From Octopus sinensis (Eukaryota), in assembly GCF_006345805.1 (NCBI RefSeq), contig NC_042997.1:183272001-183336000 (forward strand): a stretch of DNA of 64,000 bases, read 5' to 3'. The notes beneath the pieces are model-generated. The model did not search any database. It saw only the letters and a list, made by a program, of their open reading frames with translations, and had not been told where the DNA came from. The first letter of the stretch is position 1. Every line of letters starts with the position of its first letter. The translations under genes were made by a program, and so were the position numbers. Positions 50,857 to 64,000 of this stretch are shown here, piece by piece.

Positions 50857-51365
50857 CCGTAAATCCTCGAGTATAGTCCGCCCTTGAGTATAATATGCAG
50901 GGGATTTTTAGGGGGTTGTACCTCTGAAAAACCTAAACCTTGTGTATAATATGCACCCCTTCTCTAACTTGAGTCGTGCGTAATTAAGCCAGCAGAAACA
51001 CTTCTGCACATGCGTAATACAATAATGGTGATGTTCTTAACTGTTATATGGGAATGTAAATATGTTTGCAAATTGTTTTTGTTACTTGTTATTCTGTGTT
51101 CTGAATACTTTTATTTTAATAAATGTTGCTTACTACAAGTTATGGATGATTCTTTTATGACTTCATTGCTTTCAGGCTTAGCTTAAGGTATTTTTGCGCC
51201 CAGCATCACAAAATGCATCTGAATAAATATTGCCAAACAGCAAATAGAAACTCGGACATTGCTTAGAAAATATTTTTCATTTTTAACCTTGTATATAATA
51301 CGCACTAAGAATTTTGACCTTTAAATTTTGGGAAAAAAGTGCGGATTATGCTCAAGGATTTATGG
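50857..51365. mobile_element. MITE with the same ends as 46956-47426 but a different interior
   Basis: About 95-nt left end and 95-nt right end shared with the pogo-like element. Confidence 0.8.
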
Positions 51366-51543
51366 TATACAAATGATCAGGTTAGATTTCACTGAATAGA
51401 GTTGTGATGTTTGATAATGATTTTTTATTTTATCAAACTTAATAATCATATTTGAGATAATCAGTAACCAAATATATCATTTGTTTTAGTTATTTTCAAA
51501 TTCCTTTTGTTTAAGACCATATTTTTTAAAATCATTTCCACAG

Positions 51544-51670
51544 TCTACCAATGAAGACTCATTAAAGAAACTAAATGAATATGTTTCATCTCTGCATACA
51601 CTTGGTTATGCTCGTCCAACGAAAGTTAAGTTCTACTTGAAGATTACAGATGATAATGAAGGGTCTCCAG
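51544..51670 (+). CDS. TCAIM: TCAIM-like exon 3 (STNEDSLKKLNEYVSSLHTLGYARPTKVKFYLKITDDNEGSP), 127 nt
   Basis: TTTCCACAG acceptor, G|GTAAGT donor; corresponds to human INENSLKRLSVYLENLQKPG...PTQLTFYVRE. Confidence 0.9.
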
Positions 51671-51892
51671 GTAAGTGTATGACTAAATCCTTGAGATGAA
51701 TGTATTGATTTCTGCAATATTTTTGCTTGGAATGTAATTATTGTTTTCCTTTATTATTGTATAATTTAAGGATATATATATATAAATTACAAATAAGGGT
51801 GAAAAATTAGATATTAATTTAATAATACCATCAATTTAACACCAAGTGGCTTAGCGCATAAAAAACCAGGGATACAATAAAAAAATTTATAC

Positions 51893-52111
51893 ATAAATAT
51901 AAGAGAGAGTGACCACTATATGGTCGACTCTAGCGCTAAAAATAGATCCGCTATGGTATTAGCCATTAAAAATTGTTTCCAAGGAGAATCAACACAACAT
52001 TTTACGTTAAATGTTGTGTTGATTCTCCTTCGAAACAATTTTTAGTGGCTAATACCATAGCGGATCTATTTTTAGCGCTAGAGTCGACCATATAGTGGTC
52101 ACTCTCTCTTA

Positions 52112-52120
<9 letters not shown>
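51893..52120. repeat. Near-perfect palindrome of about 225 nt centred on ACGT
   Basis: TAAATATAAGAGAGAGTGACC...CAACATTT-TACGTT-AAATGTTG...GGTCACTCTCTCTTATATTTA, few mismatches, followed by (TA)n. Confidence 0.9.
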
Positions 52121-52149
<29 letters not shown>

Positions 52150-52153
<4 letters not shown>

Positions 52154-52735
52154 TCATTATTTCTAATTCTCTCTAAAGGAGACTATGGCAGCAGTACTAG
52201 ATATTAATAGTTATCGCCAAACTAACATGGCAGTCCAGATAAATGGACACAGGTTTGTGTGTCACAGCTAGCTAGAGGCGATGGCCTTTTGGATCTAATC
52301 AACGGCAGCATTCATCCTATTTATCTGGACTGCCATGTTAGCTTGGCGATAACTATTAATATCCAGTACCGCTGCCGTAGTCTTCTTTAGAGAGAATTAG
52401 AAATAACGATATTTCTATTTTTGAAAACCAGTGGACGTAATCCACTGAATTTAGGTAAATAATCCTTCAAATAGTCGGTCAGCAGCAACACCTGCTGGAT
52501 TCAGCTACTCCACATTGATAAGAGGCAAACACCTCGAAACTAGTCTGTGGATGCCAGACCAGCCATGGGAAGCTGCTGACCTCCCCTGTTCGAAGGTTAT
52601 AATGGACACAGGTTTGTGTGTCACATAGCTAGCTTGAGGCGATGGCCTCTTGGATCTAATCAATGACAGCATTCGTCCTATTTATCTGGACTGCCATGTT
52701 AGCTTGGCGATAACTATTAATATATATATATATAC
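52150..52735. mobile_element. Penelope-like relic with inverted and direct partial repeats
   Basis: 52155-52235 inverted to 52320-52410; 52235-52355 repeated directly at 52604-52720; encloses the degenerate hammerhead. Confidence 0.6.
52510..52550 (+). ncRNA. Degenerate minimal hammerhead
   Basis: CCACA-TTGATAA-GAGG-CAAACA-CCTC-GAAAC-TA-GTC-TGTGG; all stems pair but the core has C3U and G8A changes. Confidence 0.55.
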
Positions 52736-55679
52736 ACATATATATAGTTAATCCAAACATGAAAACACAAAGAGAAAACACAACAACTTGAGGACAGGGA
52801 ACAAGTATAGTGTTATTGGATGCTCAGGAAGGGAAAGAAAGAAGGTGGATTTAATGTTTTGAGCGGAGCTCTTTGTCCAGAAACATAGGAAAAGGAAAGA
52901 TCCAAGGAAGGGAAGACAGAGAAAAAAAATCGCCAACGATTTTATAATTTATAATGTTCCAGTATGCTGCAGTATTTTACATTATGAATTATACTCACAT
53001 TTCATAATTTAATGTAAGTTTTCCATGCTGGCATGGGTTGGATGGCTTGACAGGAGCTGATAAGGCCAGAGTCTGCACCAGGTTCCACAGTCAGTCTTTG
53101 GCTTAGTTTCTGCAGCTGGATGCCCTTCATAATGCCAACCACGTTACAGAGTGTATTGGGTGCTTTTTATGTGGAACCAGCATTAGTGCTTTTTATGTGG
53201 CTCCAACACCAGTGCTTTTTGCATGAAAATGGTTACAAAATATAAACAAACAAGTAACAAAAAGACTTATGGATAAAATTAATTTCTTTGCAACAAAAAA
53301 AAAACTATAAAAATAAGTACCTGGTCTTCTACCTTTCTTCTTACTTTTTCTTACAAACCTCAACTTCTTTCACAACCTTTCAACAATTACCATTTCCTTA
53401 AAGAACTGGCTTCATCTGGAATATCAGAACTCATTTCTTCACACAGGCATGGCTGCATGGTAAGAACTTTGCTTCCAAACCATATGGTTTCAGGTTCAGT
53501 CCCTTAGTGTGGCACTTTAGCCAAGTGTTTTTTACTATAGCCTTGAGCTGACCAAAGCCTTGTGAGTGGATTTGGTAAATGGAAACTAAAAGAAGCCTTT
53601 TGTATTTGTGTGTGTGTGCTTGTGTCTGTCTCCCCACTGCTGGACAACCAGTGCTGGTCTGTTTATGTATCTATAACTTAACGGTTTTGGTAAAAGAGAC
53701 TGCTGATAGAATAAGTACCAGACTTTAAAAAATGAATACTGGTGTTGATTTGTTTGACTAAATCTCTTCAGGGCATGGCCCAGCATGGCCACAGTACAAT
53801 GACTGAAATGAATTACAAATAAAAGATAACTATTTTTCTACCCATGTAAGTCATAATTCATTTCCTTGGACTTCAATTTTTACCTTTATTGTCGTTTCTT
53901 TTTATTTACCATTTCTTTTTTTATTATTACCGTTTCTTTTTCATTACTTGTTAAATAGATTGTGGTTAAATACATAACGGTGATGAAAAGCAACTAAATA
54001 TTTAATATTTAATTAAATTTAATAATTTAATACAGCTGGAATTATTTCATTTCTTAAATAATAAATGAAGAAGTTTAACCCTTTAGCATTCAGATTACTC
54101 TATCAAATATAATGCTTGTTCATTCACAATTGAAATCAAATTCGATGACTGGCATCCGTGCTAGTGGAGTGCTGAGAGCACCATCCGAGCGTGATCATTG
54201 CCAGAGCAGCAGTGTTCACTATGTGAACACTGCTAAAGGTACCCAAGGTACCTGGCAGCAAGTTAAGTATTCCACCCAGTAGACCATGGCAAGATTTGAA
54301 CTCAAAACTCTAAAAACTTGAATAGAAATTGCAAGGCATCAGGTTTAGTACTCTCTGCAGTTCCACCAATTCACTGCCTTGGATTGTTAGTTCTTTTTAT
54401 TGCTTCTGAAAAGGTGAAAGGCCAATTTACTACAAGCTCCATTCCTTGCTGTGGTTTAATGGCTGTGTACATTAATGACGCTGTGAACTATGCTAGTGGT
54501 GTGCAAATTCTTGATAGGGCCTCCCATACTGGACAGGTCAATGGATGAAGTTCAGACTAATATGGACCACCTCTTCCTACAGATAAAAATGGGTTTGTAT
54601 AGAGTCAACACCCCTACCGAGAAAAAAAGCAACATTACAGAAGCATTGATGACAACTCAAAACAAATAAGACCTAGAAGAGGAAGGCCTTCTTTTAGGGC
54701 TTAAGACCCACCCACAAAGAAGCAGAAGAGAGGATGCCCTAAAAATAGTTGAAGGCAAGATACTGAGGTAGTGTTAAAAATGCAAGGATCCAACTGGTGA
54801 AGAAGAAAAGACAGCCCCGAGTTGAGAACTGTAGAAAAAAATTGCCTGACATGTCAAGCTAAGTACAAGTGTGGTTGCTCTTGCATACAGGCTTGCAACC
54901 CTTGCAGCCTTCTCCAGCTAAGCATCCCTAATCTTGTGGGCTTGTAAGTGCTGGTGCCACATAAAAAGCATCCATGCTGGTGCTGCATAAAAGCATTCAG
55001 TACACTCTGTAAAGTGGTTAGCATTAGGAAGGGCATCCAACCATAGAAACAATACCAAAACAGACATGGAGCTTGAACAGCCCTTCAACTGGTCAGCTCC
55101 TGTCAAACCGCCCAACCCATGGCAGCATGGAAAACATATGTTAAATGATGATGATGATGATGGTCTATGCTCCATGGGGAGTGAAGGGTTTACATATGTC
55201 AGTAAATAAGCATTGTATGCAATGGTCTATTGATTCTGGCTTCTGATGAGTGAAATTTGATTTTACTATTAAATTGGCCAGCTGGCAGAATTGTTAGAGT
55301 ATCAGAAAAAATTGCGTAGCAGTGTTTCTTCTGACTCTTTGCATTCTGAATTAAAACACTTCTGAGGTCAACTTTGCCTTTCATTCCTCTGAAGTAAATA
55401 AAGTAGCAGTCAAATATTGGGGTTGAAATATTACTGGGCTTGTGCCTAAATTAGAAACAATTAATAATGGAAAATTTTGGAGGGTATTTTCTATGAGAAG
55501 AATGGGATTATAAGGAAAAGAATATGTGATTACAATGAAATTGTAAGACATGGTATTTGTAGATACCGTGATAGTTTTAACCGTACTTCTGTTAGACTTT
55601 TGATCCAAGTCAAAGTTTTTTGTCAGAGAAAAATCAAAGCCTGCCTTGTTAATGAGGGTTTTTTACTTTGTTAAGTAAC

Positions 55680-56190
55680 CATTTTGAATGGATGAGATGG
55701 TTTTCCTGTATCTTTGCAGACACGAATTGGCCTTTCCTCATTACAAAGGACTTGTATCGAATGTCATGATGCACCACAGTTCTAATAGTCCACTCTGACA
55801 CCCAAAGTTCTTTAGTAATGGACCTCATTGATCTTCTGGGGTTTTCATCGACAATGTTTTGAACATGCATAAATTCCAGTGTCCTTTTAGTGTCTGAGCA
55901 TTTGGGATGCCTTTTTTTCTCTCTTTGATACAGGTGAAACATTATCAGCACATGCCTCCAATTCCAACCGAACTTTGTGTACAAATGATCTTGCAACATT
56001 TAGAAAGTTGCTAATTTCTAAATCGCTGTGGCTTGCATGTATAGCAACTATGACTGCATGTCTTTTCATTTCTTGAGTTAGCATGATATCTTGAGGGGGT
56101 TATCTGAAAAAAAAAAATGATATATTAAATAATTTGAAGGTGTAATGAACTAAAGACGAAATGTCCTCAAATACCCCTTGCACCCTGTAT
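55680..56190 (-). mobile_element. Tc1/mariner-superfamily transposase 5' relic
   Basis: MKRHAVIVAIHA...ISNFLNVARSFVHKVR and NPRRSMRSITKEL.VSEWTIR.VVHHDIRYKS in two frames; TACAGGGTG terminus. Confidence 0.78.
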
Positions 56191-57082
56191 ATATATATCA
56201 TCATCATCGTTTAACGTCCGCTTTCCATGCTAGCATGGGTTGGACGGTTCAACTGGGGTCTGGGAAGCCAGAAGCTGCACCAGGCTCAGTCTGATCTGGC
56301 AGTGTTTCTACAGCTTGATGCCCTTCCTTGCGCCAACCACTCCGTGAGTGTAGTGGGTGCTTTTTATGTGCCACCGGCACAGGAGCCAGACGAGGCTGGC
56401 AACAGCCACGATCAGATAGTGCTTTTTATGTGCCACCGGCACGGAGGCCAGACGAAGCTGGCAACAGCCACGATCGGATGGTGGTTTTTACGTGCCACCA
56501 GCACGGAGGCCAGTCGGGGTGGCGCTGGCACCGGCCACGTTCGGATGGTTCTCTTACGTGCCACCAGCACTGGTATCACAACTATAATCATTAGCCATAG
56601 TTTGCGTAGTACAGGAAGATGTAAAGGATTGGCATAGATTGATATGTGAGAACAAAAAATTTAGTTTGTGAGGAATAAGGTTGGGATTGATAGTTGGTGA
56701 GAAAAACTTCAATCTGCTTATCTGTAACTTATAAAACTCACCACATTGAGGAGAGGTTTTTTTGTTTATCTCTAATTATCCTGTTCAGTTTGCTCCAGTT
56801 TGATTAGTGACTTAAAAACTGATTAAACTATTGTAATTAAATGAGTTATATCAGCAGGTATTGCTTCTGTGATCTCAGGAGAAGCTGTGAAGGGAATTAT
56901 GATCAAAGGTCTTCCATTCAGAACTGTTCTGTTTCTTTTCCTACAAACTACATTGGTCAATGTATTCTTCCATTTTTAAGGTGGCAGATTGTGATTCAAG
57001 GGAATTTGATTGCTATTTCTGTTTGGTCAAATGGCTATGCAGAACAGTCATGGGCAACCTTTGGCTCATGGGTACTTCAGAA

Positions 57083-57452
57083 GGATCTGCACCTTTTCAA
57101 ACTCCATCTGTCTAACACCCGTGGACATGTTTACAAAGTCAGAAAACAGCACAGCTCCCATGACTTTCGGAAACATTTTTTCACGCTAAGAGTTGCTGAA
57201 GTATGGAACAAACTACCAGCATCAGTTGTTAGTTGTTGGAGCACTGCATCCTTCAAAACTTCCATGCTTCCTGAGATTCGCCAACACTACACCTGATTTT
57301 CTCCCCTCCATACACACGCAAACATGTATCTGACTCATACACTGTTCGCTTTCCAGACATTTGTACATTACTGCATATACTTTATACGCACTTTTGACAA
57401 GTTGTGGTGCACCTGAGCACTGTATACAATAATTTCATTATTATTATTATAA
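57083..57452 (+). mobile_element. CR1/L2-group LINE 3' fragment with (TTA)n tail
   Basis: NTRGHVYKVRKQ...RKHFFTLRVAEVWNKLPASVV...FK motif. Confidence 0.8.
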
Positions 57453-58089
57453 CCACCTGTCATTTCTTCTGTTAGACTGAATGACATGCCTAACAAAAAA
57501 ATGACCTTCACTTCTTTTAATAGTGTGGCCCACATGATGATTAGCCATGTCTCATGTGGCCCACTTCTTGTAAAAGGTTGCCCATGCAATTTCTAATGTA
57601 GAGATTAGCAAATTTGTTTGAGTTAAAGAGAAAATTTCTTACAGCATTTGTCCCAGCTCTTTATATTTTGTTTAAAACCTTTGATCCTTTTGGGTTTGAA
57701 ATAAAGTATCAGTGACTACTAGATTCTCTTTAGTACCGATTAACTCTTCCCTCAAAATTATTGGCCTTGTGTCTAAATTAGAAAAAAATTGTTGTTATTA
57801 TTATTACTATTATTATCATTGTTATTTATTATTACAAGGTGGCGAATTGTTAGCATGCCAGACAAAATGCTCAGTAGCATATCGTCTGTCCTAACGTTCT
57901 GAGTTCAAATTCTGTTGAGGTCAACTTTACTTTTCATCCTTTCGGGGTTGATAAAACAAGTACCAGTTGAGTACTGGGGTCAGTGTAATTGATTTATCCC
58001 CTCCTGCAAAATTGCTGGCCTTGTGCCAAAATTTGAAGCCATTATTGTTGTTGTTGTTGTTCTTATTATTATAGTTATTGTTGTTGTTA

Positions 58090-58123
<34 letters not shown>

Positions 58124-61100
58124 AAAGTGGTGAGCTGGCAGAATCATTAGTGTGCAAGATAAAATGCTTAGTGGCATTTTTTGTCTGTCTTTACTTTCTG
58201 AGTTCAAATTCTGCCAAGGTTGACTATGTCTTTCATCCTTTTGGGGTTGATAAAATAAGTACCAGTTGCATACTGGTGTAGGTATAATTGACTTACCCCC
58301 TCCCACAAAATTACTGGCCTTGTGTCAAAATTTGAAACTATTATTATGAGGATTGAGGGGGTGTGCTGGCAAGGCATAGGAGTGGCTGTGTGGTAAGTAG
58401 CTTGCTTACGAACCACATGATTCCGAGTTCAGTCCCGCTGCGTGGCACCTTGGGCAAGTGTCTTCTACTATTGCCTCGGGCCAACCAAAGCCTTGTGAGT
58501 GGATTTGGTAGACGGAAACTGAAAGAAGCCCTTCGTATATGTGTATATATATATATGTATGTGTGTGTATATGTTTCAGTGTCTGTGTTTGTCCCCTTCA
58601 CATCATTTGACAGCCGATGCTGGTGTGTTTAGGTCCCTGTAACTTAGCAGTTCGGCAAAAAGGGACTGATAGAATAAGTACTAGGCTTGCAAAGAATAAG
58701 TCCTGGGGCCGATTTCCTCAACTAAAGGCGGTGCTCCAGCATGGCCACAGTCAAATGACTGAAACAAGTAAAAGAGTATGCCAGGCAAAATGCTAAGTGG
58801 TATTTTGTCCATCTTTACATTCTCAGTTCAAATTCCGCCAAGATTGACTTTGCTTTTCATTCTTTCGGAGTCAGTAAATTAAGTACCAGTTGAGTGCTGG
58901 TGTTGATGTAATTGACTTGACCCTTCCCCTAAAATTTCAGGCTTTGTGCTTATAGTAGAAAGTATTATTATTTAGTGGTAAGCTGGCAGAATTGTTAGCT
59001 TGCTGGGCAAAATGTTTAGCGGCATTTTGCCTCTCTACGTTCAGAGTTCAAATTCTGCTGAACTTGACTTTACCTTTCATCCTTTCGGGGTTGATAAAAT
59101 AAGTACCAGTTGAACACTGGGGTTGATATAATCGACTCATCTCCTCCCTCAAAATTTACTGCCCTTGTGGCAAAATTCAAAATTATTATCATTATTATTA
59201 TTATAGCAAAGATGGTGGATTGCAAAATCATTTCTGTTTAGGAAAACATGCCTTGTGACATTTGTTCCAGCCCTTTAATTTCTGCTGAGCTCAACTTTGC
59301 CTTTCATCCTCTTAGGGGTTGATAAAAAAAATGTACTAGTCAAATAATGAACTGATTTAATGAATTAACCCTTGTCCCCTCAAATTTCTGAATCTGTAAG
59401 AAGGGCAATAACTTTGCTTTAGCTGAGATTCTTAAGAGGAGGCTACTTCTGATATGTTATGTCTGAATGAATGAGATTAAATATTATGACATACTCCAGC
59501 TAACATGTATAATCATTTAACCCTTTTACTGCTAAATTAAATTTCATGCTTATTTCAGTTATGTTAAATATCAGTAAACTTGTCATATCTCAATAGAAAA
59601 TTGTTTCAGACACGACATTCCTCAACAAAAGATAGATTGGTATATAAAACTGCTTTTTGCAGTTAAGGGTAATGCAATTTTGAGTGGATTTATCTAACTG
59701 CCAAAGTAAAAGGGTTCAGTAACTTCTGTTTACATTTTTAAATATAAAAAGTTGTCTTTATCTACAACTAGCAGTATCGCCCGGTGTTGCTCGGGTTTGT
59801 TTCGACCCTTTAGAATTTGAATTTTTGAAAAATAAAAATTTTGCATTATGTAGCTTATTATTCTAAGTGAACATTTTTCTGGTTGAAATACACCGATAAA
59901 TGGTGACACAGCAGTAAAAAAATCGTAAAAAATAGGGCTTTTCATAGAAAAAAAGCACCTTTTTGATGTAAATAATTTTTGGTGTTAACATGGTCCAATT
60001 TGAATTTTTTCTTCTACGGAAGAAAAAGCAAGCCTTCTTCTATCATACTCTCAGTTTTGGTCAACTTGTGCCGCAGGGTCTCAGAGGAGATAGTGTTAGT
60101 TGAAGGCTACCAAACCTGCCATACACAGACAACTTCAGCCTCATATATATAGAGGTGTCTCTTACACTGGCTATGAGCAGAACAACACAAAACTTTCTTG
60201 AACGAAAAAAAAAATGAGAAAGAAACAAAACAAATAGCTGATATCAGATTTAAATGTACTTTATTACTGGAAAAAGGATATTATTTGTAAGTATGATACA
60301 ATAACTTAAAGAAGTAACATGATAATAAGGAGGGTTAAGAGGTGAGAACAACAGACTTTGTAAAAAAAAATACGAATTGACATTTAATGACAATAAACTT
60401 AATATCACACTATTATCAAATATCAAACAGACTTCCCACTGCATTTTATTTTAAATTCATTTTAATTCTAGTGTTTCTCATCCTTGCTTGTTTTAACTTG
60501 AGTAAATTGGTCTGAAAATGATTTGAGCTTCTCAAATTATCCAAGATTTATGGTAATAGTTATACTGTGCTTCATTCACTGATGAGGTCTAACAAGGCCA
60601 AATGATGTCCACAGTTGTTTAACATACTTCCAGGCATCAAACTCCCCATTGCATTTCTATTTTAATTCATCTAAATTTCAAGTGTTGTCTCCACTGTCTT
60701 TCTTGACTAGAGCTAGTCATTATGATAGTGAGTTGTTTTGTCGTTAAGGGTAATTTTAATTAATGATAATTTCTTAGATTGATGAGCTGTTTAATGTAGC
60801 AGTCAAGTAGCTTCTAACTTACTTGGATAGTGGACATTTTATAAAAACAAAAATGCTTCCTTACTGTTGGTTTTAGCAGCAGGAAGAGTTATAATAAAAT
60901 ATGTGAACAAAAACAAGTCATTCATAAAAATAAAGCTTGAATTCGAATTTTGATACTTTATTTTATTAACACTGATAGGATGAAAAACAAAGTTGACCTC
61001 AACTGGATCTGAATTCAGAACATAATTAACTTAACCCTTTAGCTACCATATTTCTGTTGAAATACACTGCCTTTGCTTAATCTAATTTTGAAAATTATAA

Positions 61101-61989
61101 AGAACTAGCAGTATAGCCTAGTGTTGCTCGGGTTTGTTTTAACCCTTTAGAATTGGAATTTTTGAAAAGTAAAAATTTTGCATTATGTAGTTTGATATTC
61201 TCTTTAAGTGAACATTTTTCTGGTTTGAAATACACTGAAAAATGGTGACACAGCAGTAAAAAAAATCGTAAAAAATAGTGATTTTCATAGAAAAAAAGCA
61301 CCTTTTTGATGTAAATAATTTTTGGTGTTAACATGGTCCAATTTGAATTTTTTCTTCTATGGAAGAAAGAGCAAGCCTTCTTCTATCATACTCTCAATTT
61401 TGGTCAACTTGCGCCACTGGGTCTCGGAGGAGATAGTGTTAGTTGAAGGCTACCAAACCTGCCACACACACACACACACAGACAACTTCAGCTTTATATA
61501 TATAGATTTAGTTAAATAATTTTGTCATTATCAAGCTGGTATTTTGAACATTGATTAACATGACAGTTTGAATAGAAAGTTTTAATTTAGATAACTTTAA
61601 AACAGGAAATTTGTATTATAGAACCAAGGGTTAAATGAAAATTTGAAAATGGTAGAAAAAAAGCAAGAAAGAGGATAAATTTCTTTTTGTTAGCATTAAC
61701 TGCATGTTTTCTTGTTGATGAAGTGGTTGGTTTTTAAAAAACAGTGCTCCCAGAGTTCATGTGGACCTCTAAATTTTCATCTTGATACTGAATTAATTAA
61801 GGTATATTAAATTTTTTTCTCTTTAATTTTTGTATCTATTTTTCTCTTCATTTTTTGTACAAATTTCAGCAAAATACTAGTATAAACAAATTCAGGTTTA
61901 ACGGTATTAATAAAATGACTTATAAGAAATCCATCATGTTATGAGTTTTCTATGTTAAAAATATAATAAAAATAAATAAATGCACCCTT

Positions 61990-62212
61990 TTAAAGCCTAA
62001 CCAGGCTCATGGGCCTGGTTTCCCGGTTTCAATGGCGTATGTGTTCCCCAGCTGCACAAGACACCAATCCATCGCAGCATTACTCATTTTTGCCAGCTGA
62101 GTGAAATGAAGTGTTTTGCTCAAGAACACAACGCGTCGCCCAGTCCAGGTATCGAAACCACAATCTTACGATCATGATGCTGATACCCTAACCACTAAGC
62201 CATGCACCTCCG
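61990..62212 (-). mobile_element. tRNA-derived SINE family C (head also at 29250-29370 plus; related element 62665-62975 minus)
   Basis: GGCTTAGTGGTTAGG A-box, GGTTTCGATACC B-box, TTCTTGAGCAAAACACTT core. Confidence 0.75.
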
Positions 62213-64000
62213 CATGTTAAAAATATATTGAATACAAATAGGACTACATAAGATATGTATCTCTCATAACTGGAAAAAATAACCAACTCAACATTAACCA
62301 TATATAACAAATTTTAACAAATGTGAATTTTTATGCCAGTATTTGTGAATTTACCTGAACTGCATATTTAAACAAGCTTATGGTTTCTATTTACCACAAG
62401 TTTACCTTGGCTAGAGCAAATGGTAACATTTTGGTGAATATTTTAAAATATTAATGACTAAAAATGGAAAATGAGTGTAAAATAGCAAAAGAAAAATATA
62501 GATATTAATGTCTGGAAATAAATTTGTTTTAAGAACGTATTAGTACTTGGTAGTTATTTTGCCATTTCCACTTCAAAAACTGTAACTACAATTTATTGAG
62601 GTTAAAGTGTTGTAATAATACTATATGGACTGTCTTGCAGTAGGAATAAAAGGTAAATAGTAAAGATCCCCTTTGGTCATAACCATGGGATTGCACCCAG
62701 AAAGTTACCCTTAGAGGCACAAAACTTGGCAAGGTTGTTTATGAAAAACCAGCAGTCATCCATGCATACTAGCCTCCACTCACCATGCCACTAATGTTAT
62801 CCAAGGGAAAGGCAAAGACCGATACAGCTTGGCACCAGTGATGTCAGAACTCATTGTGAACTGGACCAAATTGTGTCTTGCTCAAGGACACAACACAGTC
62901 CAGTCGAGGAATCAAACTCACTACCTTATGATTGCGAGCCCAACACTCTAATCACTGAGCCATGCACCTTCTAAATTAGGAATATCATCCAGATATATAT
63001 AAAAAAAAAAACAATTACTTCTACAAAACAAAAGGAACTAATGAGGAAGCCTTTATGCTGTTGCTCAACCTGCTTGAAATAGAAACCAAATTTCACTCAC
63101 ATCACAAAAGAAAAGCTAATGAAATCAAGACAGTATTGTCATGACTGCAATGCTTGTGGATTATATACCTGCTAAATTTCATTAAATACTCACATTTTAG
63201 AAAAAGTATGTGTGTTTTTTATGTCTGTGTATGTGAGATAGATAGATAGATAGAGATAGAGAGAGAGGGTTTGTATGTTTGCATTCATTTGCATGTCTGT
63301 GTGTCTTTGTTATGAATGTTTTGTCTTTCTAAGTGTTGTATGTATGTATGTCTTCTTTATATGTTTATGCGCAATCTGCTGTTTGTGCATTCTTTACACT
63401 TTGTCATCTAGAAAATTCAAGAACTTTAATGTGTGGACATAATAATGCATTGTGTATACAGTTGACATGGAGATATAGCTATCGAATTCTCATGAATCTT
63501 GTACACCCAGTATGCTTTTTCGTATGCTATTGATCAATTGAGTAAACCTATCTGTAATGTACCTATAATGACTACTGGAAACAGCTGTAATCCAAATCTA
63601 ATCTAATAAAGGAAAAATATGTAATGATCGTTATTTATACCTTGTCTTACATATCACTCTGTGTAAAAGTCAGTATAACTGGAACACAACCATGGATTTA
63701 TAATACAGAATTGTGATGAACCATAACCTTGAACCTGCCACAAGAATACTTGGAGTTCTTCACTAATCTAAACAATATTGTTAGCTTGGTGTGCTAACAG
63801 AGAACTTATGAAGTATTTTGCCTGGACTGATAAACCCTCACACCCTGGGAGCTCCTTTATGCTCATGGCCTTGCTCTAATAGCTGAGTCAATACCAGAAC
63901 TAGAGAAGTTAAAGGTGTGGAAGCAAGGTCTAGAATCAAAGAGACTTTGAGTTAATCTAGCAAAAACCAAAGTTTTAGTAGGAAGGCAGACAAATCACAA

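Larger units (their letters stand above)
3399..56585. repeat. About 20 further short RTE-tail fragments in both orientations (span given), e.g. 3399, 4263, 6318, 12428, 17693, 20895, 25330, 26590, 30606, 45400, 47735, 49820, 53020, 54945, 56198
   Basis: All share GGATGCCCTTCCTAACGCCAACCAC and CCATGCTAGCATGG...AAAC(GAT)n, contiguous with the RTE ORF in the longer copies. Confidence 0.85.

Noticed and set aside
56841-57296. 151-aa ORF as a TCAIM exon or new gene
   Set aside because: The C-terminal half is a CR1/L2-type fragment and the rest has no TCAIM similarity in the frames I read
51671-64000. Further TCAIM exons
   Set aside because: Candidate acceptors near 56860, 59558 and 61869 gave stops or no similarity, and no PIKWD-like motif was found; exons are probably beyond the window, though I may have missed one

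Overview
AT-rich, repeat-dense eukaryotic DNA. The repeat content (RTE tails ending in (GAT)n, tRNA-type SINEs, TA/CA microsatellites) suggests an Octopus/coleoid genome; this is inference. Two spliced genes lie head-to-head with start codons about 0.5 kb apart. (1) A complete 10-exon gamma-SNAP gene (NAPG, minus strand, CDS 37837 to 2178, 969 nt, 322 aa, all phases consistent by hand) with an 18-nt microexon preceded by a GT-AG U12-type intron. (2) The first three coding exons of a TCAIM-like mitochondrial protein gene (plus strand, 38344-51670); I did not find later exons in the window. Most supplied ORFs are spurious frames across repeats. Introns are filled with RTE, Hero, CR1-like, Gypsy, mariner/pogo and Helitron relics, TTAA and hAT MITEs, and SINEs. 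The least expected signal is a set of type I hammerhead ribozyme motifs. Two have a complete core and full pairing, one has a complete core with a stem I mismatch, and several are degenerate. Most sit in long fold-back (palindromic) elements at TA microsatellites, consistent with Penelope-like/retrozyme relics, and three lie in sense within TCAIM intron 2. Repeat boundaries are approximate; exon and ribozyme coordinates were counted by hand.
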